Shown: positions 40,036-50,657, counted from the stretch's first letter. The stretch: DNA of 64,000 bases from an uncultured Nitrososphaerota archaeon (GCA_963799845.1 CAWCYI010000004.1:1856001-1920000); one strand, 5' to 3'. Notes: generated from the sequence alone by a model not told the origin. Translations and numbers: made by a program.

Positions 40036-41382
40036 TTAGGTTGACGCAAACCAAATCTGGGTCTTCGCACTGGAGCTGCTCTGGTACTGCCAAGTCGCAA
40101 AAGCGGCGGTCCCGAAATTTACTACCCAGCCTGTAGAGATATCATTAGAATTCGCGGCGACTCCATTCGCGTTATTGCTGATATTTATTCCAGGCGGAGC
40201 AACCCACGTACTGCCGTCATCTGTGCTATAAGTTCCGTAAGTAACCCACGTTCCTGGCGTAACTTCCCGTCCCCAAATTGCAAAGATGTTGTTACCGTAA
40301 GCATAAACGTTAAGCGTGGTTTCGATATCTACCGCCGTTCCACTCTCGGCAATGGGTCCCGTCCAAGTAACGCCAGCGTTGCTTGAGACGTAAATGTAAT
40401 CCTGAGCAGAGCCGCTGTCCGGATGGACCGTGACTGTGATATAGACGTAATTCCCGTAAGCGGCAATCTTTGGACCCCACGCATCAGTGATCGTAGAAGA
40501 AAGTAAGAACACTTTCGACCAGGTAGATCCATAGTTGTGGCTGTAGGCATAGAAGACCTGACTCATGGTGCCCTTTGTCTCCCAAGCGACGTAAACGTTC
40601 GGACCGTTTCCCCAGACCCATGGTTCCCCGCCGCAACAGCCCGAGAGCGAAACTTTCTTCCAAGAAGCTCCTGCGTTGGTCGTAACCGCCGTTCCTTGAT
40701 CTGATACTACCACTCCTGACTGTGCAGATGCGTAAACCTGTGGTTCGTGAAAGTTCGAGACTTTAAACGGAGCTGACCAAGATACTCCAGCATTACTACT
40801 TGCGATTGCGTAAGAGAAGCTGTCCTGGGCATACCCGATATAGACGGTGTTGCCCCATGATGAAATCACGGGTGTTATTGACGCATTGGTTCCGGTGGTT
40901 ACTTGCAAAGGTGCGCTAAAGGTGATGCCGTAGTTCGTGCTTGCAGCAAAAAATAGTTGAGGTTGGGTGCCAGAAATACCATTGGTCCAGACAATGTAGA
41001 CGTTAGAACCATTAGCCGATATGACCGGGTATTGTGTCCCCAGAGTGCCTGCATTGATTTTGAGAGGGGCACTGGCAAGCGGCGGATTCCACGTTGTTCC
41101 ATTATCCGGACTAGATCTGAAAAATATCCCCGTATTGCCCTCAGTCCAGACGACGTAGACATGACTGCCGGAGTTGGCATCCATCGGGAAAATAGCGTTG
41201 TCCTTGTCATTACTAAGATTGAATGCCGGGGAGTAGGTTATCGCCGCATTTGCGTGTTGAAACGCTGAAACCGATACATTCCCGTAGACCATCAACCATG
41301 TTGCGAGAAAAATAGCCGAACCGTAAAGAACAGTTTTTGAATACGATACTCTTCCACTTAGCCGAATAACTTTTCTTGTCAT
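40036..41382 (-). CDS. Secreted BNR/Asp-box (sialidase-like beta-propeller) protein
   Basis: Signal helix and repeated SxxxGxTW Asp-boxes. Confidence 0.8.
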   Translation of the reverse strand: MTRKVIRLSGRVSYSKTVLYGSAIFLATWLMVYGNVSVSAFQHANAAITYSPAFNLSNDKDNAIFPMDANSGSHVYVVWTEGNTGIFFRSSPDNGTTWNPPLASAPLKINAGTLGTQYPVISANGSNVYIVWTNGISGTQPQLFFAASTNYGITFSAPLQVTTGTNASITPVISSWGNTVYIGYAQDSFSYAIASSNAGVSWSAPFKVSNFHEPQVYASAQSGVVVSDQGTAVTTNAGASWKKVSLSGCCGGEPWVWGNGPNVYVAWETKGTMSQVFYAYSHNYGSTWSKVFLLSSTITDAWGPKIAAYGNYVYITVTVHPDSGSAQDYIYVSSNAGVTWTGPIAESGTAVDIETTLNVYAYGNNIFAIWGREVTPGTWVTYGTYSTDDGSTWVAPPGINISNNANGVAANSNDISTGWVVNFGTAAFATWQYQSSSSAKTQIWFAST

Positions 41383-41986
41383 AGCATTCTACTCTGGACT
41401 AATTTCAATAACGATGAAGTACAAGCTTGCGGATTGGGGCCCAGTTATTAAATGCATGTTTCGAAATCTGATACTATTTGCCTAGTAGTATTCCTCAATC
41501 CGATCAAACCTTCACGCATCCATTTCAGAAGTATTTCCTGGGCTGATCCATTAAAGAATCGTTTTTGGGATAATTATCCTGAATTTTTGCAAGTGATCAG
41601 AATGTTTAGGGCAAAAGATTCCGTTTTCAATCAAGCCACATGATTTCGGAAATCTTCTATCATATCGAAAGCCGCAGAACATCTTTTGCAATCAAGATAG
41701 TGACTGATGATACCAATGAATTCATTCTCACGAACCAGATCATCTTACTTCACAAAATTGAATCTGTGTTAATTTCTGAACGCTCGAATGCTCTCGATTC
41801 TCTATCATTCGAGTTAGACGATAAAGGCAAAGTCAAAATCGACTCTGAAAAGAGAAATCCGAATTCGTTAGCAGAAAAAAGATCAGCCTACCAACTGGGT
41901 CTCTATGTTCGCGGAGCGTCCGATACGAAAACATCACTAACAGAGTATATCGTATTTCGATATATCGAGAAAAGATTTTTCCTGAT

Positions 41987-43472
41987 TTGTGGAAACGCTC
42001 TCAAGTATTATATTTTGAGTTCGACAACGGTATTTCTGATTCATGTTTGAGGTACGAATTCTCCATTAAGAAACTTGGGATCGCGAAACCCGTGTTGTTG
42101 TTTGTACTCGCTCTAATTCTCTCCGCGGGTGGAGCAACCATGTTTTCATCCGCCTCAGTCGCCGTCACGCCGACATTCAGCGCAGCTGTGAATTTGAGCA
42201 ATGACTTGGGAAAGGCGAATACTCCCGTTATTTCCAGCCAGGGGCTCAATGTTTATGCTGCGTGGACTGAAGGCAGCAAGGGGGTATTCTTCAGAATGAG
42301 TTCGGATGGTGGAAACACCTGGTCTCCGACGTTATCGTCGGCCGCGCTGAAATTGAGCAATCATGGAGGCAGCACCGCGTTCCCCGTAATGTTCGCTCAA
42401 TATCAGTATCCAAACAGCGGTAATGTCTACATCGCTTGGACTCAGGGAACCAAGCAGGCAAATGGCTCGATGGTTACACAGATTTACGTAGCTTCAAGCA
42501 CTAATTATGGGGCCAGTTTTACTACCACTCAGATTAGTCACAACTCAACAAACAGCCAGAACACTCCCGCGCTTTCCGCGTGGGGTACCGATGTCTACGT
42601 CTCATGGTTCTCGGCAAACAATGCAACGGGTTATGGATCTGATTATGTTAGTTCTTCGAACAACAACGGCGTCACGTGGGGAAAGCCCATCGATGTGGTC
42701 AACCCATCCGGTGGCGGGGAGACTGAGATTGTCGCTTCCGGTTCTAGCGCCTACATGGTCGGGGATACTATCCTGTTCACTGCAACCTATAATTCCGGAG
42801 CTTCGTGGTCTCAACAAGTGAACCTGTATAACCAGCCGTACAATTCCAGTTCTACCTCAAACTACGAGGGACGTGAACCATGGATCGCCTCATACGGCAA
42901 CCTTGTTTACGTCGTATGGGAAGCGAACAGCACGACACCCGGAATAAGTTACCACGATCAGGCAGTTACGAGCACCGACGGAGGACTCACGTGGGGTGCA
43001 ATCCAGAACGTCACCGATCCACTCAAGGATAGCTGGGAACCGGAGAATGCCGCTTACGGGAGCAACGTGTTTCTCACTTTTCACACAGTGTCAAGTCAGG
43101 GAGTTTACGTAACTTCGGCCACGAACGTGAATTCGGAATCGCCCGCTTGGAGCACACCTGTACTTCTAAGCCCAACCAAGCTGAAGAGACTCGTTCTCGC
43201 ACGTGTTCACCTCAGATGGAGTGAATGTTTTCGTGATGTGGGGCCAGCAGATATCGACCGGATCATCTACCTGGAATGCGTACATTGCGTACAGCGGTGA
43301 CAGCGGATCAACCTGGAGCAAGCCCATCGACATTAGCAACAATGCAAAGGGGGTTGCAGCGCCGAATACGGATGTGACCTCGTTCAATCTCTCCACATCC
43401 GGAACAAATTGCTATGCGATCTGGACCTTGACAAACGCAGGGACGTCGCAGATATACTTCGCCGGCTCCTAG
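41987..43472 (+). CDS. Secreted BNR/Asp-box protein, paralog (frameshift ~43190; true start likely ~42075)
   Basis: SSDGGNTW, STDGGLTW and SGDSGSTW repeats; ends TSQIYFAGS, similar to the paralog's KTQIWFAST. Confidence 0.8.
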
Positions 43473-43586
43473 ATCCAATGGGATCTAATCCACCCTTCCT
43501 TTCTTTCTCTTGCCTAAGCGATCAACGTTTGCGCGCTTCAGTTCAAGAAGAAAGATTTTATTCTGAATGATCCTGCTGAGCAAGTC

Positions 43587-43814
43587 ATGTATTCTCAGCT
43601 ATCTGAATTGGATAGAAAATTGTTGAGAATGCTTGTGAGTACTGGCGGTGAAATATCTACCAATGAATTATCCCAGCAACTTGCTATTCCATCAGGCACT
43701 GTGCAGAGGAGACGCAAGAAACATTACGATTTGATAAGTAATATCGGACAGCTAGACAGGCGCTCTTTCGTTCCGATGCGATTTCAGCCTTTAACCCCCT
43801 TGTTCCAAGGTTGA
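43587..43814 (+). pseudogene. Lrp/AsnC-type HTH N-terminal fragment
   Basis: LSELDRKLLRML...ISTNELSQQLAIPSGTVQRRRKK, then unrelated sequence. Confidence 0.65.
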
Positions 43815-43818
43815 TTTG

Positions 43819-44841
43819 TTAAGTTCTGTCATCATGCCCCACAGTTATGACTACATTTCCTGTTTTTTGTCCTGTATCGACATACGTGTGGGCTTCGGCA
43901 ATCTGTTCCAACGGATAGCGCCTATCAATTACAGATCTTATCTTTCCCGCTTCAATAATCTCTTTGATGAAAATCAAATCTTCAGTCTTATATGACACGG
44001 TCCCGCCTATTACTTTCTTGCCGCTCCTCGAGGTCCAAAGTGCTCGAAATTGCTGAGATAGCCCCGGGTTTCCCAAAAGATAGAACCCATTTTCCTTTAG
44101 CGATCTTATACAACCAGAGAACGAACTCTTCCCTACCACATCAAAAATAACATCATAGGTCTCCCCGTTTTTGGTGAAATCTTCATTGGTGTAATCAATG
44201 ACCTGGTCTGCGCCGATTGAGCGCAGCATGTCTAATTTCCCCGTGCTGTCCACGCCGGTTACTTCCGCCCTAAATGACTTGGCAAGCTGCACCGCAAAAG
44301 TGCCTATACTTCCGCCTGCACCAATGATCAGGACCTTCTTTCCATTTTGGATGTTTGCTTTTCTAAGAAAATGTAATGCATGCAGTCCCCCAAGTGGAAC
44401 AGCTGCGGCTTCCTCGTAGGTCATGTTGGACGGTTTTGAAGCGATCAACGCTTTTTCAGGCAGACAGTCGTATTCAGCATAAGCACCGAGACGAAAACCG
44501 GTAAGCGCAAAAACTTGGTCACCCTTCTTGAACTGTTTTACGTCTTTGCCCACTGATTCAATTTCCCCCGCTAGCTCTTGCCCCAGTATTTTTTTTCTTG
44601 GTCCCCTGAAACCAAATCCTATTCGCGCGAGTAGCCACAACCAGGTGGGCATCTTGAATCTTCGAATTTCGCAGTCCCCCATAGTCACTGTAGTCGCATG
44701 CACTCTTACCAGTACTTCACTTTCCTTGGGAATAGGTTTCTCCACCTCTTTGAGCTGGAGAACTTCTGGTGGGCCGTATTTTGTGCAGATGATCGCTTTC
44801 ATCAGGGCATCCTTCTTTATTTGATTGATTGTGCTTAACAT
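43819..44841 (-). CDS. NAD(P)-dependent MDR oxidoreductase (zinc-independent ADH/QOR-like)
   Basis: MKAIICTKYGPPEVL, GAYAEY, GAGGSIGTFAVQLAK, VIDRRYPL, KTGNVVI. Confidence 0.92.
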   Translation of the reverse strand: MLSTINQIKKDALMKAIICTKYGPPEVLQLKEVEKPIPKESEVLVRVHATTVTMGDCEIRRFKMPTWLWLLARIGFGFRGPRKKILGQELAGEIESVGKDVKQFKKGDQVFALTGFRLGAYAEYDCLPEKALIASKPSNMTYEEAAAVPLGGLHALHFLRKANIQNGKKVLIIGAGGSIGTFAVQLAKSFRAEVTGVDSTGKLDMLRSIGADQVIDYTNEDFTKNGETYDVIFDVVGKSSFSGCIRSLKENGFYLLGNPGLSQQFRALWTSRSGKKVIGGTVSYKTEDLIFIKEIIEAGKIRSVIDRRYPLEQIAEAHTYVDTGQKTGNVVITVGHDDRT

Positions 44842-44885
44842 TGATATTCCCTACGTCTTCTCTAATTCAATCCGCTACTCGCGCA

Positions 44886-45200
44886 TCATGCTATAGTTAT
44901 TACTACTTTTCCTTTAGCGTGCCCTTCTCCAAGATACCGGAGTGCTTCAGGAACCTCGCTTAGCTGATATCGTCTATCAATAGCAGGGACGATTTTGCCT
45001 TCTTTGCAAAGCTCAGTTACGAAGACCAAATCTTTTCGATTTGGTTGAACCGCCAAGATGCGTATTTTCTTGCCCGTGGTCATTCTAATCCATGGTCCCA
45101 GGATCAAAATTTGGAAAAGTGTAGCTGACAGAACCTCCCACGGCGAAATAGCTTCCATTGGGCCTTAGCGCCCGCTTGTAGGCGAAAACCGAACGATCGT
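44886..45200 (-). pseudogene. C-terminal fragment of a second MDR oxidoreductase
   Basis: RSVFAYKRALRPNGSYFAVGGS/...AIDRRYQLSEVPEALRYLGEGHAKGKVVI; N-terminus absent. Confidence 0.8.
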
Positions 45201-45529
45201 CGAAATTACTACGACTCGCCCGGATCTTGGTATTGGAGTGGGCAAACAGATGCCCTCTTTTTGTAAACGCGTTCAAGACTGTCGCTGGGAACCATCTTAG
45301 CATGATATTTGTCGCGGAGGATCCACAGAGCTTTCAGGACGTGGTCGACGAACACCTGCTGAAAATCGAGGGACTGATCGATTTCAGGTTCTCAAACATT
45401 CTTGACTGGACGAAGGGGTTTTGGGCGCCACTTGACCTTATTATGTCAGTTAGGGAAGAGCCGCCCTGCGGGATGAGACCATTCTGCTTGAAGTGTCCCA
45501 CGAATCCCGGGTACCCCGGAAAGGTCTAG
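45200..45529 (+). pseudogene. C-terminal fragment of Lrp/AsnC-like regulator with Cys-rich tail
   Basis: CPLFVNAFKTVAGNHLSMIFVAED RAM-like strand pattern; tail PCG...CLKCP; HTH absent. Confidence 0.5.
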
Positions 45530-45714
45530 GAGACCTCCCGACAGACAATGATTGACAAAGACATGGCTCAGAACAAAGTTGGCTGAGTGAATATTCTTAG
45601 GGCGATTTCAGAATCCGTGCTACTAAGGAATGCCCTTTCGGTACTACGGATCCGTATGCATTAACCAACCGACTAATTTAGAGGAGCGGTCGAAGCTAGC
45701 AATCGCTTCTAATT

Positions 45715-46272
45715 TTGCAGGCTAGCCACGACATATTCGGAAGCTATTCTTTCGACGCCCACATCTCGGAAATTCGAAACAAAACGACGAATTCCCGAGT
45801 TCTTCTCGTGGGATCGGACGGCTGGGACTCCCTGCAGGAAGGCCTGTACAAGAAATTCTCGACCGGTGCCTCGGTAATAATTCTGGAGATGGGATTCTCG
45901 TATGGCAAAACCGTTGCATCGCAGTCGGCCATGGATGATCAATCCGGGGAAGCGAGAGCAAGATCGATTGCAAACCTCTGTGGATTAATCACCAATGCCG
46001 GTTGGGGAACCCTCTCGTTGTCAGGCGATCTCGAAGAGGGTTCGAACATTGTCGTGTTTGTCAAGAATTGCGTTTTCTGCAACAAGAATCATCCCGCTTA
46101 TCCGTGCAACTTTTTGAGAGGAGTTGGGCTGGGGCTGGCGACGACACTGTTTCAGCAGCCCTTCAAATCTTCGTCGAACTGTTCCGTGGGAAAAGAGGAA
46201 CACTACTGCAAGATCGAGCTTCAGGCGAGCAAGTTGAGAAACTGGAGTGCGAAATTCCAGCAAAAGCCGTGA
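45715..46272 (+). CDS. V4R-domain protein
   Basis: RVLLV...ILEMGFSYG...AGWG...VKNCVFC...PCNFLRG...CKIE. Confidence 0.8.
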   Translation: MQASHDIFGSYSFDAHISEIRNKTTNSRVLLVGSDGWDSLQEGLYKKFSTGASVIILEMGFSYGKTVASQSAMDDQSGEARARSIANLCGLITNAGWGTLSLSGDLEEGSNIVVFVKNCVFCNKNHPAYPCNFLRGVGLGLATTLFQQPFKSSSNCSVGKEEHYCKIELQASKLRNWSAKFQQKP

Positions 46273-47107
46273 GATCCAATTGGTCGCAGAAGCAAAACAA
46301 GAACTTACGGAAAAAGAAAACGAGAACAAATTAGTAGACCAATCGTCGAGCTCGCGTAACGCATATCTGATAGCCACTGCGGTCTGGCTTTTGGTAACTG
46401 CAATCTTTGGGTTCCAGTCGTTCTATCCAAACTTAATCGGTCCTATTTCGAACGTTCTTCCTTCCATGCTAGCTGGCACCGCACTGGTTTGTGCCGGCCT
46501 GTGCGTGCGAAAGTACGGACTCAAATTGAGCGAGAATTTTGCGCGGATGTGGTTTTTGTTTGCCCTGGGACCTGCTTTCTGGGTGGTAGCTGAGATTACG
46601 TGGGCAATCTATTACTTTTTTCTCAATGTCCCGGTGCCATATCCGTCAATTGCGGATATATTCTACATAGGAGCATACCTGCCGCTCTCGATCGGTCTAT
46701 TCATGTACTTCAGGGCGTTTTCTGGTGCTCTAACTAGACGTAGACTCGCCGCATCTCTTGGTACGATAGCGGTGGCGGCAGTTCTAATTTTCACATTTGT
46801 TATCCCGACTGAGCTGAAGATGGCAAACCCGCCGATCGTAACTGTAACTGACCTAACCTATCCAGCTCTTGATCTTGTCTTATTCTCTCTTGCTGTTTTG
46901 AGCCTTGCAATATTTCTGGGAGGATCAATTGGAAAATGGTGGATTATGGTAGTCGGTGCAATTATTCTAGATATCGTGGCGGATGAGTATTTCCTTTATC
47001 TCGAAGCAAAGGGGACTTATTACAACGGCAGTTTTGACGATCTGATTTACCTGTGGGCCTATCTGATTTTTGCGCTAGCGTTTTACGTCCACAAGAAAGA
47101 ACTTTGA
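46247..47107 (+). CDS. Multi-pass membrane protein (sensor-like 7-8 TM module)
   Basis: W...AEITWAIY...PYPSIADIFY...TYPALD...IVAD motifs, typical of TM input modules of signalling proteins. Confidence 0.75.
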   Translation: MRNSSKSREIQLVAEAKQELTEKENENKLVDQSSSSRNAYLIATAVWLLVTAIFGFQSFYPNLIGPISNVLPSMLAGTALVCAGLCVRKYGLKLSENFARMWFLFALGPAFWVVAEITWAIYYFFLNVPVPYPSIADIFYIGAYLPLSIGLFMYFRAFSGALTRRRLAASLGTIAVAAVLIFTFVIPTELKMANPPIVTVTDLTYPALDLVLFSLAVLSLAIFLGGSIGKWWIMVVGAIILDIVADEYFLYLEAKGTYYNGSFDDLIYLWAYLIFALAFYVHKKEL

Positions 47108-47133
47108 TTGTCATCTATCGCTTTGATTTCGTG

Positions 47134-47622
47134 TCAACTGCCAGTCGAAGTAACACTCGTACTTAAACCTGAGACTTTCGCGTGCATCGTACGTGGCATG
47201 CTGACTAATCTCCCTAGATTGATGTACACGAGTATTGCGACGAGAAACGCGACAGACATCAGGTATGACTCTGCGTTGTTGGTGTATCCACTGGAAGCAA
47301 GTGCCAGACCAGAAAAACCAGCTACAATTATGGAGACAGCGCCCACGAGCGAAAGAATCGCCGCACCGACATTCTTCAAAAGGGCTGCAAAAATCAGCGC
47401 GACGATTGATAGAATGCCGAGCAAGATTCCCACTATAAGATGTATACCCAGTTCAAGCTTCCCGCTGAAATCCGGTTGCTGAGAAAGAGTCAGCTTCGTC
47501 CCAATTGGGACTGCGGCGTACAGGTTGACCCACATGCCCGACAAGAACTCGACTATGAGTAGAGTGACAATAGCCATGATAGAGTATCTAACGGCGAGGG
47601 AAAAAATTCTGCTGCGAGACAT
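47134..47622 (-). CDS. 4-TM membrane protein
   Basis: Four hydrophobic helices with EFLSGMWVNLY and His in TM2. Confidence 0.7.
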   Translation of the reverse strand: MSRSRIFSLAVRYSIMAIVTLLIVEFLSGMWVNLYAAVPIGTKLTLSQQPDFSGKLELGIHLIVGILLGILSIVALIFAALLKNVGAAILSLVGAVSIIVAGFSGLALASSGYTNNAESYLMSVAFLVAILVYINLGRLVSMPRTMHAKVSGLSTSVTSTGS

Positions 47623-47687
47623 TTAGAGCAATCAGATCTCCTTTGAGCGAGCAAATCCAAGTAATCGGGTTTCCGAATTGAGGACAC

Positions 47688-48146
47688 CTAGTTTACTGGA
47701 GCCACTGAATGTGCTGCCTCTTCCGCTATCTGCGAGAGGGCCTTCTCTGTCACTTCAGAGATGTTGTCCTTGATAAACCCAATCGCAAATCCTGGAACCC
47801 CTTTCATCTCAAATTCCCAATTCACTTCGATCATAGTTCGATCTTCGCTCAACTTGCTGAGAACGATCTTACGCGTGCCAAGCATCGGTCCCTTTGTCAT
47901 CCTAAGCGTGGTAGATTTGTTGGGGAAATCAGCTACCAGAGTCTGCACGCTCTTTGCTTCTCCCATCGGCCCGCGACGGATTTTCACTTCTCTCTCGACT
48001 GAATTGCCCGTTCTGCCTAGTATCTTGACGTCTCTTAGCAGTGACCAATTTTTGTGCTCGTTATCCAGATCGGCGACTAGTTTCCATACCGCTTCGATCG
48101 GTGCTGGTACTTCTTGACTCTTGTTTATCTCGATCATTTTTTTCAC
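47688..48146 (-). CDS. SRPBCC/START-fold protein
   Basis: EVPAPIEAVWKLVADLDN...W pattern. Confidence 0.85.
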   Translation of the reverse strand: MKKMIEINKSQEVPAPIEAVWKLVADLDNEHKNWSLLRDVKILGRTGNSVEREVKIRRGPMGEAKSVQTLVADFPNKSTTLRMTKGPMLGTRKIVLSKLSEDRTMIEVNWEFEMKGVPGFAIGFIKDNISEVTEKALSQIAEEAAHSVAPVN

Positions 48147-48187
48147 AGGACCTTCCTAATCGTCTGATGATAGGTGATATATTTCGC

Positions 48188-48208
48188 ATGTTACGTCTTG
48201 AGTAACAT
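48188..48208. promoter_or_regulatory. Candidate TrmB operator
   Basis: ATGTTAC-N7-GTAACAT palindrome; a second copy lies at 49068-49086. Confidence 0.65.
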
Positions 48209-48231
48209 TGACAGAACCAAGTTTCAGGTGG

Positions 48232-48636
48232 TCAGGAAGGATCGAGGGTGATCGAGAAAAATCCTATTTCGCCCCACCGAATTCCTTCGAACAGAAAGAA
48301 AAATCTGGTAATGAAGCCGAGCTTTCTGGTGTAAACCTTGCGAGCCTTTATTGCTTCCTCACCTTCGAGCTTCACGACTCGTGCATTAATCCAGTCGCCC
48401 TTGGTGTCGCCTCGAAAGGTTGACGGCGCTATACGAACTATTGGATTCCTCATCACTCTCTTCGCTTTCCAGGCCTTCAGTGCCGTTTGGAAGTAGAGCT
48501 TTCCGCTTTCCTCCACGAAAACGACCGGAGTGCGAACCGGGTTGCCATTCTTCTTGTATGATTCCAGATTAATCACTCTCTGATTACGAAAAGCCGCCAG
48601 TTTTTGCGAAACATCGGGGGTCGACATCCAATTCAT
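48232..48636 (-). CDS. PPOX-class F420-dependent oxidoreductase-like protein
   Basis: INLESYKKNGNPVRTPV...WKAKRVMRNPIVRIAPSTFRG (Rv2061-type). Confidence 0.85.
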   Translation of the reverse strand: MNWMSTPDVSQKLAAFRNQRVINLESYKKNGNPVRTPVVFVEESGKLYFQTALKAWKAKRVMRNPIVRIAPSTFRGDTKGDWINARVVKLEGEEAIKARKVYTRKLGFITRFFFLFEGIRWGEIGFFSITLDPS

Positions 48637-48660
48637 CTCCTGAATGAAAATTTCCTTCCC

Positions 48661-49017
48661 TCAGCTTTGCTCCAGGTCCTTTGTCATCTGGTCGAGCTGT
48701 TCTTTTGTGATCTCGCCCTTGGCGTATCGCTCTCTTAGGGCAACCATTGCTGGATCATAGTATTGTCCGTCACTCCAACCGCGACCCCATCCCCAGCAAC
48801 CCCAGAAGAACCAGCGAAATCCGAAGAAAAAGAGGAATATCACCGGGATGAAGATGAGCGGGAAGAACGGAAACGGGAACCAGTAGTATACCCCTGGGTG
48901 AACCCCAGTAGTTGCGAAGTACAAGCCGATTCCAGCGACTATTGCTACGACGCTTACGGCCACTAGTATCGGTACTAGGAGCCACCTTGTCGAAGGACGA
49001 TTACGTGATGGATACAT
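48661..49017 (-). CDS. SHOCT-domain membrane protein
   Basis: TM helices plus LRERYAKGEITKEQL. Confidence 0.85.
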   Translation of the reverse strand: MYPSRNRPSTRWLLVPILVAVSVVAIVAGIGLYFATTGVHPGVYYWFPFPFFPLIFIPVIFLFFFGFRWFFWGCWGWGRGWSDGQYYDPAMVALRERYAKGEITKEQLDQMTKDLEQS

Positions 49018-49067
49018 GTTTGATGTTACACCAATGGTCCAACCGTTCCAAAATCTAATATCCCTGT

Positions 49068-49086
49068 TGTTACTCCTGAGGTAACA
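49068..49086. promoter_or_regulatory. Candidate TrmB operator (autoregulatory/divergent)
   Basis: TGTTAC-TCCTGAG-GTAACA, 5 bp before the trmB ATG. Confidence 0.65.
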
Positions 49087-49091
49087 TCCTC

Positions 49092-49919
49092 ATGAGCTCA
49101 ACGGAATACCTAGTCGGGCTAGGTCTGAACAAGAACGAAGCTGAAGCTCTCGATGCTTTGATTTCACTCGGACCCGCGGGGGCATCTGACGTCCACAAGT
49201 ACTCTGGTATGCCCAGAAACAAAGCGTACGAGTCGCTAGAGAGCCTGGCTGAACGTGGAATGATCGAAATTCAGCACGGGCGGCCAACGCTTTACAGAGC
49301 GATGGGCGCAAAGGCCGTAATCAATAATCTAGTGGATGAATATTCTAAGGAGGCAAAGGAGGCACTCGGCCTTCTTGAAAGAAAGCAAGAGGATTTGAAG
49401 GAGGGATCGGAATCCGATATTCAGAACACCTCAGCCTGGATGGTCAGAGGAGAGCTCGGGGTCAAGAGGCGACTCGCGGAGCTAATTTACAACGCGAAAG
49501 GTGATATTTTTGTCATGGGCGGATACCCGCCGAAGTACGCGCTCGCGGTCAAATCCGCCCTAAAGGCAGCATCGAAAAAAGGAGTGAGCGCAAGGGCAAT
49601 ATCGATGATAAGGCCCTTCGAGGATGTCGATATCTCTCAAGACGATAGGACGGTCATCGAATTCAGAACCGTGAAAGCATCGCCAAAGCTAGCGCAGAAG
49701 ATTGATGCTTATGATGAAAAGTTGATTGACAGCTTCAGAAGCATGTCAGGCTATGGTGCAATGGTTATTATCGACGAATCTACCGCCTTTGACATTGTAG
49801 ATGACGGCAAGGATCCAAAGAAAGTGGCTGGGATTCTATTTAGGGCTCCAGGCATTCCTCGCATCCAGAAGGCGACGGTCGAGAGAATAATCGGATTGTA
49901 CACAAGGAAACTTAACTAG
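49092..49919 (+). CDS. TrmB-family transcriptional regulator
   Basis: GLNKNEA...SGMPRNKAYESLESLAERG...GRPTLYRA, with a C-terminal effector domain. Confidence 0.9.
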   Translation: MSSTEYLVGLGLNKNEAEALDALISLGPAGASDVHKYSGMPRNKAYESLESLAERGMIEIQHGRPTLYRAMGAKAVINNLVDEYSKEAKEALGLLERKQEDLKEGSESDIQNTSAWMVRGELGVKRRLAELIYNAKGDIFVMGGYPPKYALAVKSALKAASKKGVSARAISMIRPFEDVDISQDDRTVIEFRTVKASPKLAQKIDAYDEKLIDSFRSMSGYGAMVIIDESTAFDIVDDGKDPKKVAGILFRAPGIPRIQKATVERIIGLYTRKLN

Positions 49920-49957
49920 CCTCGGTTGGCTTCCATTGAAATTAGCTATGGATCATC

Positions 49958-50563
49958 CTAGAAAACTCTAGTCGAGCGCCCTTCCTCCATCTGGTACAAA
50001 TGGTCTGCGCACTCGGAATCCTCGGCGTGTTGCGTCGAAAAGATTACATCAATCGTTGACTTGCGGGCAAACTCGCGGTAGGCGTTGATGAATTCCTTCC
50101 TATTGTCTATGTTCCCAAATGCCTCATCGACCAGTATCACTTTTGGAGAGGCGATTAGAGCCGTTGCGAGCGAAACGCGCTCCTTCATTCCCAGGCTCAA
50201 TTTCGAAACTTTGCCCTGGTAATTGATGCCAAGATTTTTCTTGATCTCCGCGACCTCGTTGTACTCAACATGCCTCTTTCGAAGCTTCGCGCCCCAGACA
50301 AGATGCTTGTCCACAATCAAATTTGGGAGGCACGAGTCCGGCGTTACCAAGACAACTTGCTTTTTCTCAACACTGACATCGGTTATTGTTTCGGAGTTGA
50401 TTTTGACGTACCCTTCATCGGGTTTGTAAACACCCGCGATGACGTTTAGAAGTGATGTTTTTCCGGAGCCATTTTTTCCGACAAGACAGATGAAATTCTC
50501 GTCCTTCAGTTCAGAGTCCAAGAAGAAAGATCCCAATTTTTTCTTGGCTTTGAGCTCTATCAA
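49958..50563 (-). CDS. ABC transporter ATPase (ModC/WtpC-like)
   Basis: GKNGSGKT, LSLGMKER, ILVDE. Confidence 0.85.
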   Translation of the reverse strand: MIELKAKKKLGSFFLDSELKDENFICLVGKNGSGKTSLLNVIAGVYKPDEGYVKINSETITDVSVEKKQVVLVTPDSCLPNLIVDKHLVWGAKLRKRHVEYNEVAEIKKNLGINYQGKVSKLSLGMKERVSLATALIASPKVILVDEAFGNIDNRKEFINAYREFARKSTIDVIFSTQHAEDSECADHLYQMEEGRSTRVF

Positions 50564-50657
50564 ATATCGAACGCCGGAAAAGGAATGATTTTACAATTCC
50601 CGACTTTATAGGGATTTGCTGTTTTTCAGATCGAGAATGATTTCGCGAGGTGTGAAA

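Noticed and set aside
41452-42050. Track ORFs between the BNR genes, and a minus-strand CKRC..F.....F..H finger-like remnant (~41630-41740)
   Set aside because: The plus-strand ORFs have no motif; the remnant lacks a start codon and a final ligand
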